Under the pieces are notes generated by a model. That model saw only the letters and a list, made by a program, of their open reading frames with translations. It made no database searches and was not told where the DNA came from. Source: Octopus sinensis (taxonomy: Eukaryota). Taken from it: a stretch of DNA of 64,000 nucleotides. Shown here piece after piece: positions 28,132 to 37,944 of this stretch; positions within the stretch are counted from its first letter, which is position 1; each line of letters starts with the position of its first letter. Both the position numbers and the translations under genes were made by a program. The stretch is from NCBI RefSeq assembly GCF_006345805.1, contig NC_043001.1, positions 20,956,001 through 21,020,000 of the forward strand, in the 5' to 3' direction.

Positions 28132-28510
28132 TAAATTAGAAAAAACCCAATTATGCAATTCAAACAATGATAGACATAAGCCAAATCATAAATAAAAAAT
28201 AAAATATATTTAAAAAAATATAACTAGATCATAAATGGTACAAAAATGAATAAACAATATAAAAGTAAATAAGTAAGCAATTATATATTGTTTATTCATT
28301 TTTGTACTTTTTGTGATCTTGTTACATTTTTAAAAAAATTAATTTTATTTTTTATTTAGGATTTGGTTTATGTCTATCATTGCTTGAATTGCATAACAGT
28401 GGTTTGTCTCTAATTTATATATATTAAATATTTATATTGTGAAATTTGATTTAATACTAAATTGGATTTTTCCCTGTAAGTTTGGAGTTATATTCCCCAA
28501 TATTATTATT
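28132..28510. repeat. ~285-bp fold-back (arms ~130 bp) plus tail of the same family as 17802-17935
   Basis: Arms include ggtacaaaaatgaataaacaatata / tatattgtttattcatttttgtac and caattcaaacaatgatagacataagccaaatc / gatttggtttatgtctatcattgcttgaattg. Confidence 0.85.
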
Positions 28511-29242
28511 TTATATATATATCTATAATTAATTAAGGATAAAAGCATTTAATGATTTTATCAAGTGGCCAATATACATGTGCACGCATGCGTGTGTGTG
28601 AGTGTGCATGCATCACCACCTCTATTGACAATTGGTGTTGGTTTGTTTATTGTCATGTAACCTAGTGGTTTGGCAATAGAGACCGATAAGGTAAGTACCA
28701 GGCTTTACGAAAATAGGTACTAGAGCCAATTTGTTTGACTGGGTACCCTTCAAAGCAGTACCTCAGGATGACTACAGTCCAATAACTGAAATCAGTAAAA
28801 GATAATGCAATTGAAAGATGCTGAATGATTAGAAACAATGGGGATTTCAGCTGACAAGGGCAGTTCCACATGGTTATTAAAATATGCTAGAAACAGCAGC
28901 CAAATATCTTTCAAGTCATCCACCATCACTATCACAAAGGAACAACATACTGCATTAGACATTAGACAGAGTATTATTTCAGAAAGAGAAAAAGATGTAT
29001 AGTTACTTTTATCAAAGGGCTGCTGGGTCAGGGTTAATCTGGGGATAACCAACAACAACAAGGATTTTGATAGCTAAAAATGTTTTAACATTACATTGTT
29101 TTTTTTTACTAATCTAGAATTTGCCTGAGACAATCTCTGTTTTACTCTTTTGCTAGTTTCAATCATTTGACTGAAGTGATGCAGGGGCACTGCATTAAAA
29201 GAGTTTTTAGCTGCTCAAATCAACCCCTAGTTTTTAAGTCTA

Positions 29243-29607
29243 ACTAGCACTATGACCCGGTGTTGCCGGGTCATAGTGCTAGTGCATGCATATACAGCTG
29301 CATGCGTGCTCACATACACGCGAGTACTGTCCAAATCTCCGACCAATCACATACAGCTAGATGGCATTCAATTGACATATCAAGTTTCGGGCATTTTGAT
29401 TGGATAGAAAATTCACAAAAAAGTCACTTCTATTGATTTTTTAATGGCTTTGCAGGGTGACCAGGGAAATGTAAAGATGTGCATGACCACCCCAAGAACG
29501 GTTTTGAATGACCATAGAAAGCGCGAGCCCTCTAACTGAAAAATTGTGGATTTGTATAAAGGATACACACCCACACACAGACAGACATTTTGCCGTTTAT
29601 ATATATA
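29243..29607 (+). mobile_element. Non-autonomous Helitron-like (Lep1/HINE-style) element
   Basis: 5' ACTAG...ACCCG..CGGG hairpin (18-bp perfect stem) and 3' cacacagacagaca...tatatata end, an architecture recalled for invertebrate non-autonomous Helitrons. Confidence 0.55.
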
Positions 29608-29748
29608 CTCTCTTTTACTCTTTTACTTGTTTCAGTCATTTGACTGTGGCCATGCTGGAGCACCGCCTTTAGTCGAGCAACTCGACCCCGGGACTTATTC
29701 TTTGTAAGCCCAGTACTTATTCTATCGGTCTCTTTTGCCGAACCGCTA
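29608..29748 (-). mobile_element. SINE family A, 3' part
   Basis: Near-identical to 10980-11120. Confidence 0.8.
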
Positions 29749-30299
29749 AGAGATACTTATTTTATTGGTCTCTGTTTTACTGAACTTACTAAGTTATGAG
29801 AATGGAAACAAGCAAACACTAATTGTCAAGTGGTGATAGACAAGCACAAAAACAATAAATTTCTACACTGTCTCCTTAAAAAATATGTACGTATATATCC
29901 ATCATCATCATTGTCCTTGTCCTCCTCATCATCATCTGACGTCCACTGTTAAATTCGGTCAAATGGCATTACTTGGCCCACAGCTATAGTTGAAGACAAT
30001 TGCTCAAAGTGGCCATGCAGTGGAACTGAACCCAAAAGTAGATGGTTTTGAAGCAGACTTTTCACCACATCCCCTATGATATCTGCCTGTTATTGGAAAA
30101 TCAATTACTCAGCTTCTCTCATGACCAGAAGGACATATTAATAGTTTATCAGTCCTATTAACCAATTTAGTGCTATTTTTATTCTCCTTTCTCCCGAGTA
30201 CAGGATTCATATCCTTAGTTCAAGTATTATTTACCATCAAAATAATGATGAACTTAGTTTGAATATCCTACTTGAAATACTTACGAGAAATCAAAGTGA

Positions 30300-30842
30300 A
30301 CACCAATATATATACATACATACATATAATATATATATACATACATACACATATATATATACATACATAGACATATATACATATAATATATATACATACA
30401 TAGACATATATACATATAATATATATACATACATAGACATATATATATATATAATATATATACATACATAGACATATATACATATAATATATATACATAC
30501 ATAGACATATATATATATATAATATATATACATACATAGACATATATAATATATATACATACATAGACATATATATATATAATATATATACATACATAGA
30601 CATATATATATATAATATATATACATACATATACATACATACATATACATATATATATATATATACATACATAACATACATACATATACATATATATATA
30701 CATACATACATACATATACATATATACACATACATATATATACATTATACATACATACATATATATATATATACATACATATATACATATATATATACAT
30801 ACATATATACATACATACATATACATATATATACATACATAT

Positions 30843-30879
<37 letters not shown>

Positions 30880-30880
30880 A
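30300..30880. repeat. Compound (TA)/(TACA)/(TAGACA) minisatellite
   Basis: Direct inspection. Confidence 0.95.
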
Positions 30881-30883
30881 TAC

Positions 30884-31502
30884 AGACTAGTCAGGCCATA
30901 ACCCATGGCCCCTACCTGGGACGTAGTCAGTCCACCTGTGCATACCTTCCTTCTTGTGACACTTGTGAAGACCTGTTGAGGCAAGTGAAAATCAATCAAA
31001 ACAAATCAAAATAGATGACATCAATGGAATTTGTATCTTTGTGGTACCAGTGCCGTGGCACGTGGCACACAATAAAAACCATCCGAACGTGGCCGTAGCC
31101 AGTACCACGCATCGACTGGCCTCCGTGCTGTGGGCACGTAACAAGCACCATCCGATCGTGGCCGTTTGCCAGCCTCATCTGGCACCTGTGTCGGTGGCAC
31201 ATAAAAACACCATCCGAGCGTGGCCGTCTGCCAGCCTCGTCTGGCACCTGTGTCGGTGGCACATAAAAACACCATCCGAGCGTGGCCGTTCGCCAGCCTC
31301 GTCTGGCACCTGTGTCGGTGCACATAAAATCACCCACTACACTCTCGGAGTGGTTGGCGTTAGGAAGGGCATCCAGCTGTAGAAACACTGCCAGATCTGA
31401 CTGGACTGGTGCAGCTTTCGGGCTCCCCAGACCCCAGTTGAACCGTCCAACCCATGCTAGCATGGAAAGCGGACGTTAAATGATGATGATGATGATGATG
31501 AT
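30884..31502 (+). mobile_element. RTE LINE 3' UTR, 5'-truncated insertion with (TGA)n tail
   Basis: Collinear with the reverse complement of the 3' UTR at 46796-48060, with a single copy of the block that is triplicated there. Confidence 0.85.
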
Positions 31503-32079
31503 ACACACACATGTTTACGTATTTGTTTTGCAAGGTTCATGATGTCAAATTGTATGTTGAAACAGATATTGTTATATTTCTGTTTAAATCCAACCCATGC
31601 CAGCATGGAAAACCAACATTAGATGATGATAATGATGATGATGCTCTTCTTTTATTTTTTGCCAAATAAACACAAGCATTATATATTCGCTTTTCCCTTC
31701 AGAAAAATTATATTTATTATTTTTCTTATTTTATGTCCTGTCTGGAAATCTTTTGTCACATGTCCTGTGACCTCTTCAGCGACTCTCCATCCCACATATC
31801 TCTTCCCATTGTCCTACTATAATTCCAATCCAACCAAAGCCATGTGAGTGGATTTGATAGATGGGAACTGAAAGAAGCTCATCTTGCATACATATACATT
31901 ATATGTGTGTGTGTGTGTGTGTGTGTGCATGCATGTGTGTTTCTCTGTGTATGTATTTGTGCCCCACCACTGCTTGACAATCAGTGTTAGCGTGTTTACA
32001 TCCCTGTAACTTAGCAGTTCAGCAAAAGAGACCAAGAGAATAAGGACCCAGCTTGAAATCATAAGTACTGAAGTCAATT

Positions 32080-32427
32080 TACACTATTTACATTTGACGG
32101 ATATTTGTCCTCATCTTGTTTGTTGTTAACACAACGTTTCGGCTGATATACCCTCCAGCCTTCTTCAGGTGTTTTGGGGAAATTTCGAACCTGGGTTCTC
32201 ATTCCTAAGGTATTTTACAATGTTATTATTATTATTGTTAGTGTTCAGGTCACTGCTTGGAATCGAACTCGGAATCAGTAGCCTGCGCTCTTAACCACTA
32301 CGCCATATGCCCGTGGGCAATTATGGAGTGAATTTTTAGGGCATATAAATCTTAATATTTTTCTATCCTTCTTTAGAATGTAAATAATGTAAATAATGTA
32401 CAGAATTCCTCATCTCTTAATTATAGA
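32080..32427 (-). mobile_element. tRNA-headed SINE-like element carrying a hammerhead ribozyme
   Basis: Minus strand: A box tggcgtagtgg and B box gagttcgattcc (~32250-32310), then an HHR motif; bounded by a 13-bp TSD. Confidence 0.7.
32128..32173 (-). ncRNA. Minimal type I hammerhead ribozyme motif (Penelope-like-element type)
   Basis: AACAC-CUGAAGA-A-GGCUG(10-nt loop)CAGCC-GAAA-CGUU^GUGUU: 5-bp stem I, 5-bp stem II, palindromic ACGU stem III with no loop. Confidence 0.75.
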
Positions 32428-32850
32428 ACTGAAGTCGATTCATTTGACTAAAAATTCTTCAAGGTGGTGCCCCAGCATGGCCACATTCTAATGACTGAAA
32501 CAAGTAAAATATAAAAAGGGATACACATATATTTATACACACACAGACCTATCTCAACTTATGTTGTTTTGAGATTCTTTCAACTTTGCATGACACCAGT
32601 GTCGGTCACTTTGCCTCTGTGAGGCCCAATGCTTAAATGCTGCTATCTAAGTGCCATCGGCTCGTATACCAGTTAAATGAATTCTTTTTCAAATGTTTTT
32701 CCATGTTATATCTTTTTTCAAGTTGAGTCGCATGTCTCAGAACCAATTACAGATGTAAGTTTAGGTATCCCTGTACTTATATATTATCTTGTATCTTTTT
32801 ATCTTTTACCGGTTTCAGTCATTAGACTATGGCCATGCTGGGGCAGCACC

Positions 32851-33063
32851 TTTTCTTTTATTTGTTTCAGTAACTTGACTGCGGCCAGGCTGGAGCACTG
32901 CCTTTAGTCAAACAAACTGACCCCAGGACTTATTCTTTGTGAGCCAAGTACTTATTCTATTGGTCACTTTTGCCAAACCACTAAGTTACAGGGACATAAA
33001 CACACCCACATTGGTTGTCAAGTGATGGTGGTTGAACAAACACAGACACACAAACATATACAC

Positions 33064-33098
<35 letters not shown>

Positions 33099-33280
33099 TA
33101 TATATACATACATGACGGGCTTCTTTCAGTTTCCATCTACCAAATCCATTCACAAGGTTTTGGTTTTGGTCAGCCCAAGGCTACAGGAAAAGACACTTGC
33201 CCAAGGTGCCACACAGTAGGACTGAACCCAGAACCATGTGGTTGGGAAGCAAGCTTCTTATCACACACCCACTCCTGCAC
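32851..33280 (-). mobile_element. SINE family A, diverged full length
   Basis: Reverse complement of the family A consensus. Confidence 0.8.
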
Positions 33281-34292
33281 CTTGAAGAACTTTTTTTTAG
33301 TCAAATGAACTGATCTCAGTATTTATTTTTTGTTAAAGTCTGGTACTTATTCTATTGCTCTCTATTTGCCAAACCGCTAAGTAACAGGGATGTAAACATG
33401 CCAAAACAGGCTGTCATGTGGTGGTGGTGACAGTGGCAGTGGGCGGGGGGAAACAAACACCAACATAAAGACACTTGCCTAAGGTGCCACACAGTGGAAC
33501 TGAACCCAGAACCATGTGATTGAGAACCAAGTTTCTCACCACACAGTCACACCTGCACCTATGTATGTACACACACACACACACACCCATGCCTGCATGG
33601 AACATGGGTGTTAAATAACGATGCTGATGATGACACTTAAGTATAATTACTTAAGAAATGCAAATGATAATGGTTGGGAAAGACAAAGACAATATTTTTT
33701 TTGTTTTGCTTTTGTAGTCTTTTTTTGGTTTTTTTTCCAAATATTTTTTGTTTGACTAACACAATAATTATTATCAGCACCATCACTACAAAAACCCGTT
33801 AGCAAGTATCACTTGTGTTTTTTAAATGTCATTTATTTCAATGACTTTTATTAGTCACCAGCTTATTCTGTCTTGAATAATTTCTTAGCCAAGCCTGTTG
33901 TAAGTGTCTGCACTGACTTAACTATTTGTTTACCACATGGATGGCGTCACTAGGTCATTTCTTGCAGTCATTATATAAACAAGTATGCAAACTTCACCCA
34001 ATTATTCATCCTCACATATTCGTCTCTCATTTACTGTCTGGCAAAATGTGTGAGCTAACCAAACTTATTCTCACTTCTAGTCATTTATTCTTTCATGGGT
34101 TGTAGTAGTCACTAGACTGTGGCCACGCTGGGGCACTGCTGTCAGGGATTTTAATCGGTTATACTCACATTACTAATTTCTGTTTATTGAATGGCTAAGT
34201 TCACCAAGTTTTCATTTTAGTCTTTTTAAAGTGTTATTAACTCTTTTTGGATGACATAAAGGACAAGTCATTTATACAGGTGTATATATATA

Positions 34293-34533
34293 TCATCATC
34301 ATCATCGTTTAACGTCCGCTTTCCATGCTAGCATGGGTTGGACGGTTCGACCGGGGTCTAGGAAGCCAGGAGGCTGCACCAGGCTCCAGTCTGATCTGGC
34401 AGTGTTTCTACAGCTGGATGCCCTTCCTAATGCCAACCACTCTGTGATTGTAGTGGGTGCTTTTTACATGCCACCGGCACAGGTGCCAGGGGAGGCTGGC
34501 AACGGCCACGATCAGTTGGTGCTTTTTATATGC
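34293..34533 (-). mobile_element. RTE LINE 3' tail fragment
   Basis: tcatcatcatcgtttaacgtccgctttccatgctagcatgggttgg. Confidence 0.85.
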
Positions 34534-34559
34534 CACACACACACATATATGTATGTATA

Positions 34560-34598
<39 letters not shown>

Positions 34599-34644
34599 TG
34601 TTGGCAATTTTCTTCCTCCGTCTTCCTTTCTATTGGACTTTCCT

Positions 34645-34679
34645 GTTTCTGACGAAGAGCTTTGCTCGAAACGTTAAAC
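34645..34679 (+). ncRNA. Minimal type I hammerhead ribozyme motif
   Basis: GUUU-CUGACGA-A-GAGC(UUU)GCUC-GAAA-CGUU^AAAC: 4-bp stems I and II, palindromic ACGU stem III. Confidence 0.65.
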
Positions 34680-34768
34680 CATCTTTCTTTCCTTCCCTGA
34701 CCATCTGCTAATACTTTACATGTACTACATACTCATGTTATTTTTTGTGTTTGTTCTTTTTCGGGATT

Positions 34769-34799
<31 letters not shown>

Positions 34800-35140
34800 G
34801 GAATAAGGAGATGAAGAAAGAGAAGAAGAAAAAGCTTAAAAGTTCACAGTTCAACTTTCCGATGATGTAGAAGTAAATCCATAAATCCTTAGGTGCAATC
34901 CTGTGTAAATTCATATAGGTTAAAGTTCTAATAGTGTTAATATCCAGAAATAGACACAAGTGTATTGGACGTTGATACGTTTGTGTCTGTTTCTGGATAT
35001 TTACATTATTAAGACTTCAACCCACACGGATTTACACAGGATTGCTCCTAAGGACTTGCGGACTTACTTCTACATCATCGGAAAGTTGAACTGTGAACTT
35101 TTAAGCTTTTTTTTCTTCTCTTTCTTCATCTCCTTATTCC
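34800..35140. repeat. Long inverted repeat: 160-bp arms, 21-nt spacer
   Basis: 34800-34959 is the reverse complement of 34981-35140, without indels. Confidence 0.95.
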
Positions 35141-35200
35141 TTTTCTCCTGTCCTCTGTGTTGTCATTTCATCAATCTACACCCTTCACGTTTCCCTATTT

Positions 35201-35257
35201 GTCTCTGATAACAGAATATCCCATACTCTAGGATATCCCAGAAACAAACTGTACGAC
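35201..35257 (+). ncRNA. Degenerate hammerhead ribozyme relic
   Basis: GUCU-CUGAUAA-...AUAUCC(loop)GGAUAU...-GAAA-CA(AAC)UGUA^CGAC: G8 changed to A and first stem I pair mismatched. Confidence 0.4.
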
Positions 35258-35312
35258 TTTAAAAATTATACAAACATATACATACCTATACATACACACA
35301 AACACATATATA

Positions 35313-35355
<43 letters not shown>

Positions 35356-35363
35356 TATATTAT

Positions 35364-35422
35364 TTTAACAAAACTGTCCGACGAACGGGAACGTGAAACT
35401 CCAAGTAACAAGTTTTGTTGAA
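35364..35422 (+). ncRNA. Type I hammerhead ribozyme motif with U4C core variant
   Basis: Stem I UUUAACAAAACUGU / ACA(A)GUUUUGUUGAA (14 bp, one bulge); core CCGACGA; stem II ACG-GGAA-CGU; GAAA; stem III ACU-CCA-AGU; predicted site GUA^ after 35407. Confidence 0.65.
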
Positions 35423-35526
35423 TTTCTGCTGCTCTTAAATAAAGCATATTACTCTAACCCTGGTATTTGGGTACTCTTTTTTCCACCTTGTTTCACATTT
35501 ATGTGTTTACTCCGGTATATATATAT

Positions 35527-35629
35527 ATTATTTTAAGGGATAAAGTCAAAACATGACATCTCCTCGATACTGAATTAATGTCTGTATGGAGAAGATAAGT
35601 CTTGTTTTGACTTTCTCCCTTAAAATAAT
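35527..35629. repeat. Small fold-back/MITE-like element in (TA)n
   Basis: 31-bp inverted repeats attattttaaggga(t/g)aaagtcaaaaca(t/a)gac with 2 mismatches. Confidence 0.75.
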
Positions 35630-35980
35630 TATATATATATATATATATAAACCCTTATTGCTAAACCCTTATTGCTTAGTATTACTTAAATTTTCCTCGA
35701 ATGAGGCTTTTACATGCCGAAGACTACTTGGTGTAATTGATAATTTTTCCAAATTAATTAATTTCACCCTTCATTATTACGGATAACCATATTTTATCTC
35801 AGTAGATGACCACAGCATCTTGTTTTGGCTACACGCGGGTGGGAAGGGGCTGTTGACACAATCGTTTCATTCACAAATTGAATTCGGTGATACCAGTTGC
35901 GGAGTCTAGCTCGCTCTGATACTGAGTGGAGTTGGTGCCTTCTGGTATCTCAAAATTCAATATATAATCATTTATGATTA

Positions 35981-36113
35981 TAGTATTCTACGCTGAAGAG
36001 AAAAGAAGTTTCGGTAAGATAGAGTTATTTATTATTTATTATTTAATATTTAATATTTAATTCTTATGCTTTCCTTAAAACTTGATTTCGAAACGTACGT
36101 CCGTGGATAACTA
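35981..36113 (+). ncRNA. Type I hammerhead ribozyme, array unit 1 (intact core)
   Basis: Stem I UAGUAUUCUACG / CGUGGAUAACUA (6 bp, 2x2 loop, 4 bp); CUGAAGA at 35993-35999; ~90-nt stem II closed by GAAA/UUUC; GAAA; palindromic ACGUACGU stem III; GUC^ after 36101. Confidence 0.8.
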
Positions 36114-36592
36114 AAAAAATGTATGATAGATTGCAGTCAATTCATTCTCTCTTACCTGTTTGTGTCTGCCTTCCAAATGCTGTTTTTACTGAGATCTCCC
36201 TTTTTAGTAGAAGAAATAGCTGTAACCCTTTGACTGCTATTTCTAAATTCGGTATGTGGTAAGGCAACTCGTTGCTAAACCCTTATTGCTTAGTATTACT
36301 TAAATTTTCCTCGAATGAGGCTTTTACATGCCGAAGACTACTTGGTGTAATTGATAATTTTTCCAAATTAATTATTTCACCCTTCATTATTACGGATAAC
36401 CATATTTTATCTCAGTAGATGACCACAGCATCTTGTTTTGGCTACACGCGGGTGGGAAGGGGCTGTTGACACAATCGTTTCATTCACAAATTGAATTCGG
36501 TGATACAGTTGCGGAGTCTAGCTCGCTCTGATACTGAGTGGAGTTGGTGCCTTCTGGTATCTCAAAATTCAATATATAATCATTTATGATTA

Positions 36593-36725
36593 TAGTATTC
36601 TACGCTGCTGAAAAAAGAAGTTTCGGTAAGATAGAGTTATTTATTATTTATTATTTAATATTTAATATTTAATTCTTATGCTTTCCTTAAAACTTGATTT
36701 CGAAACGTACGTCCGTGGATAACTA
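36593..36725 (+). ncRNA. Hammerhead motif, array unit 2 (altered core)
   Basis: Same fold but the core reads ctgctgaaaaaag instead of ctgaagagaaaag. Confidence 0.6.
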
Positions 36726-37206
36726 AAAAAATGTATGATAGATTGCAGTCAATTCATTCTCTCTTACCTGTTTGTGTCTGCCTTCCAAATGCTGTTTTTA
36801 CTGAGATCTCCCTTTTTAGTAGAAGAAATAGCTGTAACCCTTGACTGCTATTTCTAAATTCGGTATGTGGTAAGCAACTCGTTGCTAACCTTATTGCTTA
36901 GTATTACTTAAATTTTCCTCGAATGAGGCTTTTACATGCCGAAGACTACTTGGTTGTAATTGATAATTTTTCCAAATTAATTAATTTCACCCTTCATTAT
37001 TACGGAGAAACCATATTTTATCTCAGTAGATGACCACAGCATCTTTGTTTGGCTACCCGCGGGGGGAAGGGGCTGTTGACACAATCGTTTCATTCACAAT
37101 TGAATTCGGTGATACCAGTTGCGGAGTCTAGCTCGCTCTGATACTGAGTGGAGTTGGTTGGTGCCTTCTGGTATCTCAAAATTCAATATATAATCATTTA
37201 TGATTA

Positions 37207-37337
37207 TAGTATTCTACGCTGAAGAGGAAAGAAGTTTCGGTAAGATAGAGTTATTTATTATTTATTATTTAATATTAATATTATATCTTATGCTTTCCTT
37301 AAAACTTGATTTCGAAACGTACGTCCGTGGATAACTA
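37207..37337 (+). ncRNA. Type I hammerhead ribozyme, array unit 3 (intact core)
   Basis: CUGAAGA at 37219-37225; GAAACGUACGUC^ with the site after 37325. Confidence 0.75.
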
Positions 37338-37814
37338 AAAAAATGTATGTATGTAGATTGCAGTCAATTCATTCTCTTACCTGTTTGTGTCTGCCTTCCA
37401 AATGCTGTTTTTACTGAGATCTCCCTTTTTTAGTAAGAAATAGCTGTAACCCTTTGATGCTATCTAAATTCGGTTGTGGTAAGGCAACCGTTTTGCTAAC
37501 ACCTTATTGCTTAGTATTACTTAATTTTCCTCGAATGAGGGGCTTTTACATGCCGAAGACTACTTGGTGTAATTGATAATTTTTCCAAATTAATTAATTC
37601 ACCCTTCATTATACGGATAACCATATTTTATCTCAGTAGATGACCACAGCATCTTGTTTTGGCTACACGCGGGTGGGAAGGGGCTGTTGACACACAATCG
37701 TTTCATTCACAAATTGAATTCGGTGATACCAGTTGCGGAGTCTAGCTCGCTCTGATACTGAGTGGAGTTGGTGCCTTCTGGTATCTCAAAATTCAATATA
37801 ATCATTTATGATTA

Positions 37815-37944
37815 TAGTATTCTACGCTAGAGAGAGAAAAGAAGTTTCGGTAAGATAGAGTTATTTTATTTATTATTAATATTTAATATTTCTTCTTATG
37901 CTTTCCTTAAACTTGATTTCGAAACGTACGTCCGTGGATAACTA
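37815..37944 (+). ncRNA. Hammerhead motif, array unit 4 (altered core)
   Basis: Core reads ctagagagag; 3' half gaaacgtacgtccgtgg intact. Confidence 0.55.

Larger units (their letters stand above)
31830..32515 (+). mobile_element. Diverged SINE family A-like copy interrupted by the 32080-32427 insertion
   Basis: Body and tail motifs resume after the insert; 13-bp duplication actgaagtc(a/g)att at 32067 and 32428. Confidence 0.7.

Noticed and set aside
31075-31320. Regularly spaced accatccga(a/t/g)cgtggccg repeats
   Set aside because: Internal sub-repeats of the RTE 3' UTR, present in every copy of that family; not an array system.
35649-35680. ctaaaccc motif resembling a telomeric repeat at the array edge
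   Set aside because: Only a 12-bp stutter; not a (TTAGGG)n tract.
35586-35786. 66-aa ORF running into array unit 1
   Set aside because: Starts in the upstream fold-back and (TA)n. The in-unit part (~41 codons) has no start codon of its own and is disrupted by indels in other units.
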